This document shows positions 61,036-64,000 of a DNA stretch of 64,000 nucleotides, piece by piece. Source of the stretch: an uncultured archaeon (GTDB lineage Archaea > Asgardarchaeota > Heimdallarchaeia > Heimdallarchaeales > Heimdallarchaeaceae); assembly GCA_964534625.1 (NCBI GenBank), contig CAZHRF010000007.1:1-64000 (forward strand). The letters are read 5' to 3'. Under the pieces are notes generated by a model that was given only the letters and a program-made list of their open reading frames with translations, made no database searches and was not told the origin of the DNA. Numbering within the stretch: position 1 is the first letter of the stretch; every line of letters begins with the position of its first letter. The position numbers were made by a program, and so were the translations under genes.

Positions 61036-62143
61036 TTTGAATGTCTTCTTGAAAACCCCGTCCTTGAGGGCGGGGATGAAAAGAAGAAAAAACAATACAC
61101 GTTTTAGCATACAAACATTTTTGAATAAAAAAAACTAAAACAAGGATGAGATGAAGGTCAACAGAGCATATAAAGTAAGGATATACCCTACTAAAGAACA
61201 AGAACAGATGCTCATAAAGACCTTCGGGTGTTGTAGGTTCCTCTGGAATAACATGCTAGCGGAACGAAAAGAGATATACGAAAAACTAAAAGACAACAAA
61301 GAAGAACTGTACGAGTACACCTATAAAACAGAAAAGGAGTATAAACAAGCGTATACGTTCCTGAAAGACGTGGGGAGTAGGGCGTTACAAGAAGAACGAA
61401 TACACCTAGAACGGGCGTTCAAAGAGTTTTTCAAAGGAACACGGGGATACCCCAATTTTAAGTCCAAGAAACACCCTCGTCAAAGTTTTACGACCTACAA
61501 TGTTAACAACAACGTAAAGATAGATTTTAAGAAAAAGAAGATTAAAGAACAAGGATAAAGCAAGAATAAGGTTAGCCAGAAAATATGAACGAATAAATAA
61601 TAAACGGAAGGATTATCTACACAAACTCACTACCTGGGTAGCCACCACCTATGATGTCGTTATCATTGAAGACCTCAACCTTACAGGTATACAACAATTT
61701 AATGGTGGGATAAGTAAGTCCATTACGTTAGACTTTTCGTGGGGAGAGTTTGTCCGTTTACTTGCGTATAAACTTGAAGAACGGGGAAAGTATCTTATAA
61801 AGGTAGACCGTTTCTTTCCTTCCAGTAAGCAGTGTTCAACGTGTGGATATATCCACAAACGCTTACGTTTATCTGACCGCACCTGGGTTTGTCCTTCTTG
61901 TTCTACTACCCATGATAGGGATACTAATGCTAGTTATAATTTGTTTGTTGAAGGTTGTCGCCTTCTTACTACTCATCATCATTGTACCGTAGGTACTACG
62001 GGAACGTACGCTTGTGGAGAAGTTGTCATTCCTCTGCGTTTTCTCTATTACCATTTGTTTGGTCATAGTATTCGCTATTCTTTTTCTTTTGAGGTTGCTT
62101 CTATGAAACAAGAAACCCCCTCCTTTAGGGTGGGATAGTTCAT
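61036..62143 (+). mobile_element. IS200/IS605-family (IS1341-type, tnpB-only) element, non-autonomous
   Basis: Left hairpin ccccgtcc-ttga-gggcgggg (61056-61075); right hairpin ending tagttcat (62143); tnpB remnants inside. Confidence 0.85.
61151..62138 (+). pseudogene. tnpB: tnpB pseudogene with internal deletion and frameshift
   Basis: N-terminal RAYKVRIYP...FGCCRFLWN; from ~61545 another frame reads KNKDKARIRLARKYERI...IIEDL...PSSKQCSTCG...CPSC..HDRDTNAS; RuvC-I segment missing. Confidence 0.9.
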
Positions 62144-62187
62144 CTATGCCATTATTTATTAAGTTCCTACTCATTTGTCCTTAGATT

Positions 62188-62448
62188 ATGTCAGATGATA
62201 ATTATTCGTCTTCGGATCTCTCAACAGATGATTTAAAAATCAAAATTACTCGTAGGAAAGAATCTGAAATTATTCGTATTTGTCCCAAATGTTTACAACC
62301 AGTTAAAGTAGTTGGTTCTTTTTACGAATTACAAAACAAATACCAATGTACCAATCCAAGTTGTAACTGGGTGGGTTCTGTTATCCTAGAAGTTGATCGG
62401 GAAAATTACAAAAAATATTTAACAGAGTACGAAGAATCAAAGGAATAA
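62188..62448 (+). CDS. Small Zn-ribbon protein
   Basis: RICPKC...YQCTNPSCNWVG. Confidence 0.7.
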   Translation: MSDDNYSSSDLSTDDLKIKITRRKESEIIRICPKCLQPVKVVGSFYELQNKYQCTNPSCNWVGSVILEVDRENYKKYLTEYEESKE

Positions 62449-62487
62449 CAAATCCAAAGCTTTAATATACCAGATTTATTAAAAGAG

Positions 62488-63333
62488 ATGAACTCAATGG
62501 AAGCTGCAATAGTTATTGATACAAGTAGAGAAATCCCCCCTAAACTTTATGATGTCTATGACATCTATCCTGTTGGATATATTGTTGAAGATTCAAAAGG
62601 TAAAATCTATAAAGAAAGATTAAACATCCGTTCTCTACAAACGGAAAAGCTTCTTTCAATTTTAGATAAGGATAAGAAATCTCAACTGTATTCTCCTCCT
62701 ATAAAAGATTTTGTTGAATTATACACTTATTTGACCGAAGATTATGATATGATTATTAGTATACATTCATCTAGTATAACACCCGCCGTTTTTGAAAATG
62801 CCATCATAGCTAAAAAGTTAGTTTCGGGAGCGCAAATAGATATCGTAGATACACCCAGTTTTGGCTCATCTTCAGCAATAGCTACTGAGATGCTGGCTAA
62901 TAAAGTAATACAAGCTGATAGTATAAATGATGTAAGGAAAGAGGGGTTTAGTATTAACAAGCAGTTACAATCACTTGTTATCTCCAAGAATGATGATTTA
63001 ACTAAAGTCGGTATAAGAAAATCTTCATGGTGGTCAGGATTTACTATGTCTCTTCGACCATTTTTACTTTATAGACTTTTACATGGACAATGGAATGAAA
63101 TAAAGAAAGCTAGAAGTGTTGATTCACTTGTTAATGAATTAAAAGAGACCATTCATCTTATTACTCAAGCCAAAGAGATAAAAAACATTTATGCTGGCGC
63201 ATTTGGAGAGATTAGCAAATTTTCTAAAATTATTGAAGACAATGTAGGGGATTGTGATGTTAAAAACACTCAAAAATCGCTAGTAACCCATCTTCTTTTA
63301 GGTAAAACGTATTTGACAATAGGATTCCTTTGA
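62488..63333 (+). CDS. DegV/FakB family fatty-acid-binding protein
   Basis: AIVIDTS, SPP...F..LY, IISIHSSS, IDIVDT, THLG-like end. Confidence 0.75.
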   Translation: MNSMEAAIVIDTSREIPPKLYDVYDIYPVGYIVEDSKGKIYKERLNIRSLQTEKLLSILDKDKKSQLYSPPIKDFVELYTYLTEDYDMIISIHSSSITPAVFENAIIAKKLVSGAQIDIVDTPSFGSSSAIATEMLANKVIQADSINDVRKEGFSINKQLQSLVISKNDDLTKVGIRKSSWWSGFTMSLRPFLLYRLLHGQWNEIKKARSVDSLVNELKETIHLITQAKEIKNIYAGAFGEISKFSKIIEDNVGDCDVKNTQKSLVTHLLLGKTYLTIGFL

Positions 63334-63363
63334 TAGTCTTTGATTCAGAAGTACTTTAGTCTA

Positions 63364-64000
63364 TTATTTAATCCCATACAATTTTTTAACATTTTCTGTA
63401 GTTTTATGTGCCAATTCTGTATAATCTATATTGATGAGTTGAGATGCCTTCTTACATAGAATAGGTATACTAGAAGGATCATTTTTCTTTCCTTTTTCGA
63501 GGGAGTGATACGGACTATCAGTCTCAAAAAGTAGGAAGTCTGGAGGAATCAGCTCAAGATTTTTCTGATAATTTTTTCTGTAGACTGCGCTAGTTGGAAC
63601 AGAGATGTACCATCCTTCATTTATAATTTCTTTGATCTGTTGTTCACTACCATCAAAACAGTGCATGTGAACTCTTTTTGCCTCTTCCTCTTTAAGAATG
63701 GCTATAACCTCCCGTTCAGCCGCCCTAGAGTGTATAACCAATGGCTTATTTTCTTTTTTTGCAAACGTGATAAGTTTTCTAAAATATTGCTTTTGTTGTC
63801 CTCTTTTTTCTTCTTCTTTTACCCAGTGAAAATCTAATCCTACCTCACCTATTGCAATAATATCTCTTGAATTTCGTTTAAAGAAAGATAAAAATGTATC
63901 ATAACTTTCCTTTGAAACAATAGTTGGTTGTAACCCCACAGATAAATAATAACTGGGATATTCTAGACTCTTTAGTCCGTATTCGAATGTGTCAGGTTCG
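63364..64000 (-). CDS. TatD family DNase (5' end outside the window)
   Basis: AIGEVGLDF, VIHSR, HCF, FETDSPY; frame open to the window edge. Confidence 0.9.
   Translation of the reverse strand, partial: EPDTFEYGLKSLEYPSYYLSVGLQPTIVSKESYDTFLSFFKRNSRDIIAIGEVGLDFHWVKEEEKRGQQKQYFRKLITFAKKENKPLVIHSRAAEREVIAILKEEEAKRVHMHCFDGSEQQIKEIINEGWYISVPTSAVYRKNYQKNLELIPPDFLLFETDSPYHSLEKGKKNDPSSIPILCKKASQLINIDYTELAHKTTENVKKLYGIK

Noticed and set aside
61869-62174. Small ORFs across the IS right end
   Set aside because: They overlap the tnpB 3' remnant and omega-RNA region; not independent genes

Overview
AT-rich (~30% GC) archaeal chromosomal segment. It carries tfb, an unlisted 48-aa rpoP, SUI1/aIF1, archaeal-type glyS and porCDAB. 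Several eukaryote-like proteins (OST5/TMEM258-like, longin+wHTH) suggest an Asgard archaeon, probably Heimdallarchaeia (inference). Most of the window is housekeeping, transport or two-component signalling. The standout is a ~14 kb defence-type island (8.4-22.3 kb). It holds a translationally coupled class 2 DISARM-like operon (drmA helicase, drmB DUF1998, drmC PLD, drmE-like) with no DNA methyltransferase in the window. The operon is instead bracketed by two intact and one broken paralogous cobalamin-binding-type radical SAM genes. A ~215-nt, ~49% GC structured non-coding element with its own BRE/TATA lies between the left radical SAM gene and drmA. Two restriction-endonuclease-fold genes follow, one apparently catalytically dead. 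The window also has an internally deleted IS200/IS605 tnpB element and three ~50-bp solo hairpin elements related to its ends. No CRISPR array, tRNA or rRNA was seen. All family assignments are by-eye motif recognition, not database hits.
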